Assembly: GCF_009914755.1 (NCBI RefSeq)
Contig: NC_060925.1
Length of the DNA: 64,000 nt
DNA from: the human T2T-CHM13v2.0 reference genome, Homo sapiens
Direction: 5' to 3' (one strand)
The notes below the pieces were generated by a model. It searched no databases. It was not told the DNA's origin and worked only from the letters and a program-made list of their open reading frames with translations. Each line of letters begins with the position of its first letter. The stretch's first letter is position 1. The translations under genes were made by a program, and so were the position numbers. Of the stretch, positions 1-14,765 are shown in pieces.

Positions 1-59
1 CATAAGTAACAGAAATAGAAGTTTTGTGAAATAATACTTTTACCAAATGTAATGCATTT

Positions 60-195
60 GGTAGTCCCAGCTACTGGGAATGGATGAGGAAGGCTGAGGG
101 AGGAGGTTGAGGCTGCAGTGAGCCATGATTGCACCACTGCACTTCAGCCTGGGTGACAATGAGACCCTGTCTCAAAAAGTAAAATAAAATAAAGT
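60..195 (+). mobile_element. Alu right-arm fragment (AluJ-like)
   Basis: GTAGTCCCAGCTAC...GAGGCTGCAGTGAGCCATGATTGCACCACTGCAC...GTCTCAAAA. Confidence 0.85.
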
Positions 196-284
196 AACTT
201 TTTCTATTGGTTATATGTTGAAATGATGCCTTGGATATATTAAGTAAATTATATTGCTAAAATTAATATTACCTTTTTCAAAAC

Positions 285-285
<1 letters not shown>

Positions 286-315
<30 letters not shown>

Positions 316-478
316 TTTTTGAGACAGTCTCGCTCTGTCACCCAGGCTGAAGTGCAGTGACATGATCTGGGTTCACTGCAACTTCCACCTCCCAGGTTGA
401 AGCGATTCTCCTGCCTCAGCCTCCACAGTAGTTGGGACTACAGGCATGTGCCACCATGCCTGGCTAATTTTTGTATTT
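286..478 (-). mobile_element. Alu, right monomer only
   Basis: Poly-T, then GAGACAGTCTCGCTCTGTCACCCAGGCTG...GGCTAATTTTTGTATTT. Confidence 0.9.
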
Positions 479-554
479 AAAAAAGTTTTTTTAATGTGGC
501 TACTTGAAAATTTTAAATGACCTATGTGGCACTTAATATTTCTATTGGACAGTG

Positions 555-1400
555 CTTTCTGCTCATTCAGGCCAAAAACCTTGGAGTCATCCTTGACTCC
601 TTTCTCCACCAATCCTGTAGGTTCTATCTTCAAAATAGTCCAGAATTCAGCAACTACACCACCTGCTATACCACCTCCCCCCCATCACCCCCAACCCCCC
701 GACACAGAGAAAACACACACAAGTCACTTTCTCTTGCTTGAATAACTAAAATAGCTTTCTAACTGGTCTCCTTGCTTCCTTCCTTGCTACACTCTACAGT
801 TTATTCAACTATTTCCCATAAAGTTGCGGAGCGATCCTTTTAAAAGGTCAATCAGATTATGTCACTCCTCTGTTCAAAATCTCCATGGCTTTTTTTCCAA
901 AGTTTAAAAGCCCAAGTCCTTGCAATGGCCTACAAAGCCTTAAAAGATCTGGTCACCCGTCTGTGCTCCTGATCCCTTCTCCTGCCCCATCTGTCTGTCC
1001 TAATCTCTTACCACTCTCTTCTTCACTCAGCTATGGTGATCTTCTTCGGTTCACCAAGTATGCTCCTGCCTCATGGCCTTTGTACTTCCTATACCTCTAC
1101 ATGTAACCCTCTACCTTAGACTTCTTCTTTCTCGCAGTTTGGCATCACTTTACTGAACGTTATATTTAGAAATGCAAACCTCTCTCTGCTTACTCTTCCA
1201 CACTTCCCCCTTCCTATTATATATAGGATATAACATATCCTTCTTATTATATAGGATATATTATATCCTGTATAATTTATTTAATTTATCTGTCTCCCAC
1301 CAATAAAATGTAGGAGTTCCTTGAGGGCAGTGACTGTTTTATTGCTGCATTCCCAGCACCTTATGTGCCTGGCAAATAGTAGGGGCCAGAAAATGAGCTG
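555..1400 (+). mobile_element. L2 3' region relic
   Basis: CCAAAAACCTTGGAGTCATCCTTGACTCC, AATCAGATTATGTCACTCCTCTG and the 3' end motif GAGGGCAG...GTGCCTGGCA..TAGTAGG. Confidence 0.75.
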
Positions 1401-1884
1401 TGGGTTCCCAAAGTCAGTTACGGACCATTTGCAACTAGCCATTCTCAGAAATCTACAGAAATAAACAAATACTTCAGTATGGGGTTTTTTTTTTTAACTT
1501 ATATCCTCTTTGGACCTACAGTCATTCCACAATAAAGAATGCAAGAATCTTCTCCACACGCCACAAGTCTTAGTTAACCAAATCTTCTGTCCATTTTCTC
1601 ATAACCATTAGGAGCCCTCCAAAAGCCCTGGAAGATGGGTTTTCCTTTACCCTCAGGCATTAAATCTCCTTAAGCATCTGCAAAAAGTTCTGAGTTACTG
1701 GCCTAACATAAGTGCAGCTTAATCTCAGACGATCTCCGGGTCTATCTAGTGTACATGAGGTACACCCGGACACCGTTAAGTATCAGTGGTGTTTGCACTC
1801 TCGATGGTTTGCAGACTGGCCACACCTTACCTACTGGGTCTGCATTCAGGAACATGTGTCCTGTCTGTTAGCACTAGAAGTGAT

Positions 1885-2006
1885 GGACACGTGTTGGCTG
1901 GAATGTCAAGGCTGTAGCCAGGCCCCTTATTTTAGACACTTAGAAATCAGGACTCTGAGAACTTAGGCCAAGTAAAAATTATCAAAACAAAGAAACAAAA
2001 CACGTG
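1885..2006 (+). promoter_or_regulatory. AGL: Candidate muscle-type upstream promoter / alternative first exon
   Basis: E-box CACGTG 1888-1893 and 2001-2006, MCAT/TEAD GGAATG 1900-1905, MEF2 site TTATTTTTAG 1927-1936, donor-like CAA|GTAAAA at 1972/1973. Confidence 0.6.
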
Positions 2007-2089
2007 GTGGCACAAAAGACACCAGAAGCCAGGTCGTTTGCCCCTCACCATTCAGCCCTTCCCAGCAAAAGATCCTACTGTGCAGCTCA

Positions 2090-2690
2090 ACCTAGCTCGC
2101 AGCCGGTACCGCGGGATTTTAATGTGCAACTGTGAGCTCGCAGGCTGTTAAAGGAAGGCCGCGCCTTGGCCGGTGCACCTTCCCCAGGGCAAGGAGAAAG
2201 CGCCGCTCCCGGCCTCAGCCGCAGCAGGCTCCAGGTCCCCCGGCCCGGAGCCGACTGAGACGGTGCGGTGCCCACGCTCTCGCGAGACTAGCGGTCGGGG
2301 CGGGCGGGTCGAGCCTCCCGGAAGTGGGCCAGAGGTACGGTCCGCTCCCACCTGGGGCGAGTGCGCGCACGGCCAGGTTGGGTACCGGGTGCGCCCAGGA
2401 ACCCGCGCGAGGCGAAGTCGCTGAGACTCTGCCTGCTTCTCACCCAGCTGCCTCGGCGCTGCCCCGGTCGCTCGCCGCCCCTCCCTTTGCCCTTCACGGC
2501 GCCCGGCCCTCCTTGGGCTGCGGCTTCTGTGCGAGGCTGGGCAGCCAGCCCTTCCCCTTCTGTTTCTCCCCGTCCCCTCCCCCCGACCGTAGCACCAGAG
2601 TCGCGGGTCCTGCAGTGCCCCAGAAGCCGCACGTATAACTCCCTCGGCGTAAGTGCTAGGAATGCCGCTGGCCTCGCGGGGAAACGCATT
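2090..2690. promoter_or_regulatory. AGL: CpG-island promoter of AGL
   Basis: Very GC/CpG-rich stretch in an AT-rich locus: TCTCGCGAGA 2278-2287, GC boxes 2297-2308, ETS CCGGAAGT 2318-2325, NRF1-like GTGCGCGCAC 2361-2370. Confidence 0.9.
2317..2648 (+). other. AGL: AGL non-coding first exon (5' UTR; start approximate)
   Basis: Strong donor GGC|GTAAGT at 2648/2649 at the 3' edge of the CpG island; next acceptor TTTCATAG|G at 3207/3208. Confidence 0.8.
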
Positions 2691-3248
2691 CTTTCTATCT
2701 ATAGCTCGCTCTGTACATCTTCTGTCTACGGCAGCTATTCCAGAGGCAACAACTGCTTCCCTCTGTTCTCATCTCCCCATTGGTGGCTGGCGACCCGAAT
2801 TTGGGAATGGGGAGATTGCCCACCTGTTATCTTTGAGCAGACTAATCTCTTGTAAGCAGAAGTGCCATTCGGAGTCTCCAGAGCCCTGTGGCTTGGGGCT
2901 GGGAATGTCCCCCTGACTTCAGGCTTTCCTAAGTGTATTGCTTTTCTCTGAGAATGGTCTAGGTTTTTAATTTTTTAATTGTAAGAATCTGTAATACAGC
3001 ATTTTTATTTCGGTCTTATTCGTTGTGCTCAAAGGCAGGAAACAACTATTAATTTGCCTTCTCGAATCTTAATAGTTATAAGATTCATTCTCTTTCATTG
3101 CTCTGCTAGGCATAAAACACACTTCGAACATGTAAGTGCCGCTGTCAGCTCTGGAGAGTTTAAGGCAATAGTTATTTTCGATATTTTAACTCCTTTTTGT
3201 TTCATAGGGGTAACTCATTCGACTGTGGAGTTCTTTTAATTCTTATGA

Positions 3249-3362
<114 letters not shown>

Positions 3363-4573
3363 TAGCAAGTTGTTTTGATTTGCTCATTTGCGTCTTTTAA
3401 ACTTTTAATTCATTGGCAGTCCTGTTAAATGTTTTAAAGCTCTAAGATAAATATTATTTCCAAGGGTCTAAAACTTGATTTGTGCAAAGATGGTGCTGTG
3501 TTCTCCATATATCACTAATTAATGTTGATTTGAATTAAAAATATTTTATATCCCTCGTGTTAGGATAAGGATAAAATAGTTCTCTTTTCTCTGCGTACTA
3601 ATTCCCACTTAAGATTGAAGTTAAATATATGATCAGAAGATTGCCCATATTATTTCTAATAACATTTACTATTAAAACTTGGTAAATTACTTCATATGTA
3701 ATTTTGCTTTGGGTATGCATGTAGTTTTGCCTTTGTATAACTGTCTCTTTTCCTTTGTTGAACCTTTGAATTGACAAAATAGATTGCAGCAAAAAGTATA
3801 GTAAACTATTGTTTATGTATATCAAAAACTTCTCAAATGTGGAGTAGGTAAAAGCTGAAAATATTTTCTTAGCAAATAAAAAGTGCAATAACTCATCTGG
3901 TTATGTTGAACTATATATAGTTGATCTGTATTTAAAAGATCAAATTACTTTTCTACAAGGCTAGTTAATAGATGTTTTATTTTCTTAGCCTTTGTAATTT
4001 TTCAACATTGAAGAAGTGTAATATATGAAAAATCCAGTCCCCCTTATTAATGTACCAAATGGATGTTGCTAGTCATAAACATTTCAAAGGAATTTTTAAA
4101 TTTCGCTAATGTTTTAAGAATTAAATTTTTGAAAAAAATTTCACACATACAATGTGATATCTTCATGCCAAATCCGCGCCTTTTTCCAACTTTGGCATTT
4201 AAAATCACTGAGTACCTACTCCATTTTTGGCTTTCCTGACTCTGCACTTTTCTGGTTTTGATTTTTTTTTCCCCCTCCCCTGTTGCATATTCTTGTCAAC
4301 TTGGTGTCTCTTACTAGGCTCTCTTCCTTTCACTTTTTAATTAATTATGGGTATCTGCTAGGAATTCTTTTTCTGTTCTCCTTCAAAGAATTAGTTACAC
4401 AGTCTCATGGCCTCAACTGTTGCCTCTGTGCTAATGACTACTTTTGGAGGAAAAGCCTTGAGCTTTCTTCTTCTTGGAAGCTTTCAGCATTTGATGACGG
4501 GTAGATCTAGAGCCAGAATTCTCCTGGCTCTGCTGCTAACAAGCTGACTTGGGGCAAGTTACATTAATTCTGA

Positions 4574-4936
<363 letters not shown>

Positions 4937-5844
4937 GTGAGATGAAAGTGGTAATTTCTGTTCTTCTACCTTTCTAGGTTTTGAGACTCAAAATTAATAA
5001 TACATGAATTTTTTGTGATAAAGCCCTAAATAAATATAAGGCATTGATATGAATCACTCCATGTATTCCCACCCTGGACCTTGGCTTCAACCTGATATTA
5101 TGCAATAGAATAGTATTAGGATAGCTCAACTTGGATATGCTTAAATCTAGCATGTCCAAAAATATCCCCTGCCCATTCTCGATCCTTTATTTCTCAGCTT
5201 CCCTGTTTATTTCGTGGCATCTCCATTTTTATAGTTCCCAGGGTAGAAACCTTATATTCTTTGATGATTTCTTCTCTTTTCCTGCAGTCTCTTTTTAAGC
5301 TTGCAGTTTCTTTCCAAATATCTCTGATTGCCTGTCTATTCTGTATGGCTGAATATAGATGCCAGAATAATCTTATGCAGTCTCTTCCCTTTGTTATTAA
5401 GTGGTATGTATAAAATCAAATTTAAATACCTCTGTCTGACTTCTAAGACATTCTGTAATGAGACTACACCTTCCTTAGCCAAGATTGTATCTCATTCTCC
5501 ATCATTAATGTCATAGATCTTTACAGTTGCCCAAGTCATTCCTGTTAATTCCCTTCTCAGCAGGTTTTCTCATGCCTGTCCTTATACCCGTACTCCCATC
5601 AGATTCCTTTATATCTGTTAAATCTCATTTACTGTCAGTCTATGTGTTGCCTAAGTTTCAACTTTCAGCTAGAATATCACCTCCTTTGTGAAGTCTTTCC
5701 CTAATTTTTCACTGTCTGCTTCCTTTGATTTCCAATTACACAATGAGCACAGAACTATTAAGTGCTGAATAATGAAGCAGTGTCTAAAGGCTTGTTAGTC
5801 TTACAGTGTCAGACTAGGGTTTAAAATCTGTGAGAATTGATGAG

Positions 5845-6450
<606 letters not shown>

Positions 6451-6714
6451 AAATCTGTGAGGATAGGGACAGCCTTACAAACTTAGTGCAGTGTACTGCT
6501 GATTGATTACTAGAACTCTAGTTAAAACTAGCAAAAATTGTAAAAGCTAACCTATTTGAAGAGGGAAATTGAAGGATTTATGAAAAAAGAATGATGTGGT
6601 TGACTTTATAACTCTGGTTAAAACCGGTAAATGTATCCAAATGTTATAAATGAGAATGTGCCACCTTTTTTTGCAGTAATGGTGTGATCATTTTGTTTTA
6701 GAAGATAATTTGAA

Positions 6715-7452
<738 letters not shown>

Positions 7453-7751
7453 AAAGAGAGGACAAAGTATGAGTTATTTTCAAGTTCAGAGGACTTGGTA
7501 ACCAATCAAATGTGAGGAAAAACTCTGGCAGTTTTTGGCTGTTTCATATTTAATTGGTCATCAAAGCCCTCATATTTCTTTCCTTCTCTCTTTTCTACAA
7601 GAAGGAATTCCTCCTCGTTTTTAAGACTGATATTTCTATAGATTCTTCCAGTTCAACAAGTACAAGAATAAATAATGATCTTTTCTAGACAAATCATAGC
7701 TTTTTCGCTTATTTCCTATCTCATTTAGTGGTAGAATAATGAATAAAATCA

Positions 7752-8132
<381 letters not shown>

Positions 8133-8525
8133 TTAAAGAAAATATTTAGACATAAAGGTTCTTTGATTAGAAGACTGAGTTTCTATAAATTGAGTGGAGG
8201 GGAAAAGATAGAACATATTTATTTACAATAATAGTTTAATCACTCATTATGCTAGTTGCCTACAAGAGAGACATGGCTAATGCAAGTTAAGTATCCTAGC
8301 ATTAGTATGAGGAATAAGATAGCCACACCATGTACTGCTATGACCTCAGCTAATTTTAGCAAACTGAGTCATGGAATCTGACCTACTGTAGGCTCTCTGA
8401 TGTTTCATTTACTGTATATAAAAATTTTAGTTTCAGTGATTTGCATTAGAGGTCTACAGAGTGGCTATGTATCCCTTGGGGTATGCGCTGATATATCTAT
8501 TGGGCTACAGAAAGAAAATATAACA

Positions 8526-8667
8526 TCCCTTCCTTCCTTCCTCCCTCCCTCCCTTCCTTCCTCCCTCCCTCCCTCCCTCCCTCCCTCCCTCCCTCCCTTC
8601 CTTCCTCCCTTCCTCCCTCCCTCCCTCCTTCCTTCTTTCCTTCCTTCTTCCCTTTCTTTTCTTTTCT
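8526..8667. repeat. (CCCT/CCTT)n polypyrimidine microsatellite
   Basis: ~140 nt of uninterrupted pyrimidines on the + strand. Confidence 0.95.
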
Positions 8668-10130
8668 TGTATTTATTTATTTATTTATTTATTTTTATTG
8701 ATCATTCTTGGGTGTTTCTCGCAGAGGGGGATTTGGCAGGGTCATAAGACAATAGTGGAGGGAAGGTCAGCAGATAAACAAGTGAACAGAGGTCTCTGGT
8801 TTTCCTAGGCAAAGGACCCTGCGGCCTTCCACAGTGTTTGTGTCCCTGGGTACTTGAGATTAGGGAGTGGTGATGACTCTTAGGGAGCATGCTGCCTCCA
8901 AGCATCTGTTTAACAAAGCACATCTTGCACCACCCTTAATCCATTTAACCCTGAGTGAACACAGCACATGTTTCAGAGAGCACAGGGTTGGGGGTAAGGT
9001 CATAGATCAACAGCATCCCAAGGCAGAATTTTTCTTAGTACAGAACAAAATAGAGTCTCCCATGTCTACTTCTTTCTACACAGACACAGCAACAATCTGA
9101 TTTCTCTATCTTTTCCCCACCTCTCCCCCTTTTCTATTCCACAAAACCGCCGTCGTCATCATGGCCCGTTCTCAATGAGCTGTTGGGTACACCTCCCAGA
9201 CGGGGTGGTGGCTAGGCAGAGGGGCTCCTCACTTCCCAGTAGGGGCGGCCAGGCAGAGGCGCCCCTCACCTCCCGGATGGGGCGGCTGGCCGGGCAGGGG
9301 GCTGACCCCCCCACCTCCCTCCCGGACGGGGCGGCTGGCCGGGCAGAGGGGCTCTTCACTTCCCAGTAGGGGCGGCCGGGCAGAGGCGCCCCTCACCTCC
9401 CGGACGGGGTCGCAGCCGGGCAGAGGCGCTCCTCACATCCCAGACGGGGCGGCGGGACAAAGGCGCTCCCCACATCTCAGACGATGGGCGGCCGGGCAGA
9501 GACGCTCCTCACTTCCTAGATGGGATGGCGGCCGGGAAGAGGTGCTCCTCACTTCCCAGACTGGGCAGCCGGGCAGAGGGGCTCCTCACATCCCAGACGA
9601 AGGGTGGCCGGGCAGAGACGCTTCTCACTTCCCAGACGGGGTGGCGGCCGGGCAGAGGCTGCAGTCTCGGCACTTTGGGAGGCCAAGGCAGGCGGCTGGG
9701 AGGTGGAGGTTGTAGTGAGCCGAGATCACGCCACTGCACTCCAGCCTGGGCAACATTGAGCACTGAGTGAATGAGACTCCGTCTGCAATCCCGGCACCTC
9801 AGGAGGCCGAGGCTGGTGGATCACTCGCGGTTAGGAGCTGGAGACCAGCCCGGCCAACACAGCGAAACCCCGTCTCCACCAAAAAAATACGAAAACCAGT
9901 CAGGCGTGGCGGCGCGCGCCTGCAATCGCAGGCACTCGGCAGGCTGAGGCAGGAGAATCAGGCAGGGAGGTTGCAGTGAGCCGAGATGGCGGCAGTACAG
10001 TCCAGCCTTGGCTCGGCATCAGAGGGAGACCGTGGGGAGGGGGAGGGGGGAGAGGGAGACCGTGGGGAGGGGGAGGGGGGAGAGGGAGACCGTGGGGAGG
10101 GGGAGGGGGAGGGGGGAAGAGGGAGAGGGC
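8668..10130 (-). mobile_element. SVA retrotransposon, full length, antisense to AGL (possibly SVA_C/D)
   Basis: Order on the + strand: T-rich tail, SINE-R (~8700-9190), GC-rich VNTR (~9190-9660), Alu-like domain (~9660-10030), (AGGGGG/AGAGGG)n hexamer. TSD TCTTTTCTTTTCT at 8655-8667 and 10131-10143. Confidence 0.95.
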
Positions 10131-10642
10131 TCTTTTCTTTTCTCTCTACCTGTTTTAGTTTTTTAAGTCTGTTATATGTTAGCAACATTGAATTACGTTA
10201 ATATATGAATTATGCTCTCAGTTTGTATGTCAGATAAGTTACAAACAAAAAAGGCATACTCAGAAGAAAACGTAGAGGTTGTAGGTCTGGAAGGGGTTGA
10301 CAATCACACCCTCATTTGTTTGCAGTATGTTGCCATGCATTGCACTTTTACTTAAGCTAGGTTAAGTAGCTTTACGGGTTATATTATCTTAAATAACAGT
10401 CTCTATATTACTTTGTAAGGAGAGGTAGAGTAACCAAGAATAGTTCTTTTACCTCACAGGAGTGATCGAACTTAAAAGATGAGTTAGAAAGTGTTTGAGA
10501 TTCGTCCTTTTCAGAAATAACAAGTAGCATTAGATAGTATGATACTTAGAAAATATTTTCAGAAAAAATAAAAACTTAAGTCTTTGATGTAAACATGAGT
10601 GAGAAAGTTAAGTGCTTTTTTGAAGGAAATTGATGCTTGGAG

Positions 10643-10850
10643 CAGAGTTTGGCACATATTTTCCTGCAAAAGTTCAGATCGCAAATCTTTGCAGCTTTTC
10701 AGGCAATGCACTCCCTATTGGAGCGACTCAACTCCCATTGTAGCAGGAAAGCAGCCATAGGCAAACATACATGAATGGATGTGGCTGTGTTCCAGTAAAA
10801 CTTCATTTACAGAAATGGGGATTAGGCTGGATATACTTTGCCAACCCTTG
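10643..10850. mobile_element. MER58A-like hAT-Charlie MITE
   Basis: CTCAACTC..TTGTAGC..GAAAGCAGCCATAG..GTGGCTGTGTTCCAGTAAAACTT and terminal TTTGCCAACCCTTG. Confidence 0.75.
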
Positions 10851-11806
10851 CTATAGTGAAAGCATTTTGAATATATATTTTTAGAAATGCTTCTTTCATC
10901 ATTATATGATTTTACCCAAAATAAGTAGAACTTGAAATCTTTGAATCACTTTATTACAAAATATTAAAACCAAGACTTTTTAAAATAATGAAATTTATTT
11001 AGTTACATTTTCACTGAGAGATATTATCAATATTAATTTTTAGTGAGAGCCAAAAGGTTTTTTCTACCCACTAATAAATAAAATGTATTATTTAAATATT
11101 ATTTATTTCATTTATATCTTATCCCATTAAGTTAACTTTTATATTTTATAATTTACATAATCTATGAGAACATCATACATATATATTATATAAATAAATG
11201 ACTTAGCTTGGGAATTATTGGGGTTTTTTCCTGAAGGTAGAGCACTGATCCAAATACTGTTTTGGAGATTTTAGATGAGTTTTAACCTTTGCTCTGCAAG
11301 TTCTCTGAATACTTGTGTAATTATAAAAACAGTATTTGTATAAACTTAACAGGGGACAGGTTGTACACATATACCCAGACAGCTAATCTCTGCTGTTTGT
11401 ACTTGTTCAAAATGACACTATTTCTCCTAAAGATAAATTTAGTCATTCTTGTGAGATGTAAATGTTTATGCTTCTCAGTCACTAAGTATTTTACTTCATG
11501 TTTTAATTCTTTCTGTAATTATTTCTTAGTCTATCCCTTCATAATTGTAGCTCTAATTTTAAAATGTTTTCCCTAATTATAAAATTATGCAAATGTATAA
11601 AAAGCATTTTTTCTGTGTTTTTTTTTTAATTAGGATTATACTATCTAAACAATTTTGTAACCTGCCTTTTTCCCGTTTGTAGTAGTATTATGGTGTATGT
11701 ACTCTACCTCCCTGCCTACTGCCATGTTTCAGCCATACTTTTTTCCAGAAGATATTTTAAAAGCTCTACATAAATGTGTACAATGTAACAAAATAGAATA
11801 AATTAA

Positions 11807-12103
<297 letters not shown>

Positions 12104-12975
12104 AAATGTCTTTTGATAACATGATTTATAATGGCTTTACAATATGCCAGCTTGTAGATTTACCATAATTTATTTAATCACTGCCAATCATTAGATATTT
12201 AGGTTGTTGTCAGTTTATTTCATTTCAATAAATGAGGCTGTGATAAATATCCTTATACATAATCTCTGTTTACATCACTGATACTTTTCTCAAAAAATCT
12301 ATATAAAATTCCTAGATCAAAAAATATAAACATTCTTAATATATTAATGCCAAATTGTATTATAGAAAAAGTACATTTAGTTGCTTAGAGAAGAAATTCT
12401 TAGTTTCACTATAGAGCATTCTCTTAGTGTCTTTTACTGAAATCTTTTGTTCACAGAAAATATCCCTGTTAGTATATCCTCTTTTATTACTTTGTTGGAT
12501 GTTTAATAAGTCAAGGATTATAAATTATAAATAATATATATTAAATAGGTAAATATTAGTTTTTTTCCTCTCAAAGAAATTCCTTAGATATTAAAGATTT
12601 TACTCAGTGGAACTAAACTTTCCTGCCTCATCAGTTATTATTGCCCATTATTAATTGAAAGTTATATTCGTGTTTAAAATTTATATGTATTATATTTCTA
12701 ATAGACTTGACCATAGTCAGTATTTTTGTATTCTAATAATTATAAAGAAGGTTTAAAGTCTGCTTTAAACCAACCAAAATGTTTCTTTCACAGTACAGTT
12801 TTAACTGTAATGTGCTTATTTGTTTTCGCTTATGGCAAAATATTTGTAACACATTGCACAAGTCTAAGGTATGTTTTTTTAAAAATAACCTAACTTGGGC
12901 AAAAGTAGAAATGCATTGGCTCTCAGGATTACAAGACAGCTTTAGTAACTAAACCATGAAGCATAGGGATATAGG

Positions 12976-13177
12976 CAGTAGTGTGTTGGAGGTGCTTTTG
13001 CTGGCTCACAAGAGCTGATTGTGCACATCCCTTCCCACTTCCACGTTCAATGTTGTCGTGTTGGTAGCTTAAGATTGCCCATGTCGGGATTATTTCCACC
13101 AGAAAGTCAGCAAACACTCCAAGTCAGAGGTTCCCACCACCCTAGTCAGTTGCTAAATCTTTATTAGCACATCACTG
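12976..13177. mobile_element. MER63A-like hAT MITE
   Basis: TIRs CAGTAGTGTGTT / AGCACATCACTG; internal GAGAGC-GATTGTGCACATC...GTTGGTAGCTT-type sequence. Confidence 0.65.
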
Positions 13178-13637
13178 GACTTGAGCAGATATCAGTCGGG
13201 TTCAGTTGCCTTCAGAACTCCTGTTAGAATCCTGAATTCTGCCTCTATAGAGGTTGACTTCTGTCAGTGAAGACTAGCTTTCTCAGTATGGTGAGATAAT
13301 AGTCCCATGGTAGCTCCCAAGTTTTACAGACTATCACATACTTTCTGACACCATAGAGAAACTAGCTTTCTCTGTTGCAGTTAGAAAAATACTAGAGAAG
13401 GTCTCTCCTCAGATGCCTGCCATTGGGTACTTAATTCAGGGGTGAGGATGGGGGATCATGGTAAATGGGGTTGTATAAGAATTTGCACATCCCAAGTTGC
13501 TATGTGAATAGGAATGCGTTTCCAGGGGAAGGAGAAAGAGACATTACAGAGCAGACAGCTCTATGATGTTTACTATACTTGCTAAAATGTGAAATTCAGC
13601 TAAATTGGAATACAAAGTAGTGCCAAAACAGCATTAG

Positions 13638-13976
<339 letters not shown>

Positions 13977-14486
13977 TAAGTCAGGTGTTTTGTTTGTGAG
14001 AAAAAAAGTTAATTTGTTCTGTAATTTGAAGTCACCTAACTTGTAAATGTTACTGTATGAACCATGGCAGTGCAATTTTTATAGTGCTTCCTTGAGATGC
14101 AAATAGAATATTCTTTGATTTCTAGGAGGTAATTTTATGGTCCATTGCAGAGCTAAAGTATCAAGTAAATGTATTTTAAGTAACATCTTAAAATGTAGTA
14201 ATTTCATGCAACCTGATTATAGGTTGCTGTTTATTTGCGTGCCCTTGTTATTACTGATAGGTTTTAGTATACTTATATTTCATTAAACCAACATTCTTGG
14301 ATATTTTGTGTATTATACATGTAATTATGTAGATTGTGAAAGGGTAAAAGTAGCTTTTCCATTAAGTTTTGTTGCAACTTTTAAAATGATTTTATGTGCT
14401 TAGAAATAAATACATTTTATTTGGGACAATTAACCTTTTAGTTAGAGTCAGACTATATTATATGAGGATTTTTTTTCTATCACTGA

Positions 14487-14723
<237 letters not shown>

Positions 14724-14765
14724 TAAATGTAATTATCCTCTGTGATATAGATTTCAAAAGTTTTG

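Noticed and set aside
1848-1862. GRE-like GGAACA-TG-TGTCCT
   Set aside because: Half-sites are separated by 2 nt rather than the 3 nt required for steroid-receptor dimers.
2087-2916. Long overlapping ORFs (up to 168 aa) on both strands
   Set aside because: Expected stop-codon scarcity in a GC-rich CpG island; mostly non-ATG starts, Pro/Arg/Gly/Ala-rich, no recognisable domain.
8400-10201. ORFs with LPPS, SPSP and GEGEG repeats
   Set aside because: Translations of the (CCCT)n microsatellite and the SVA VNTR/hexamer.
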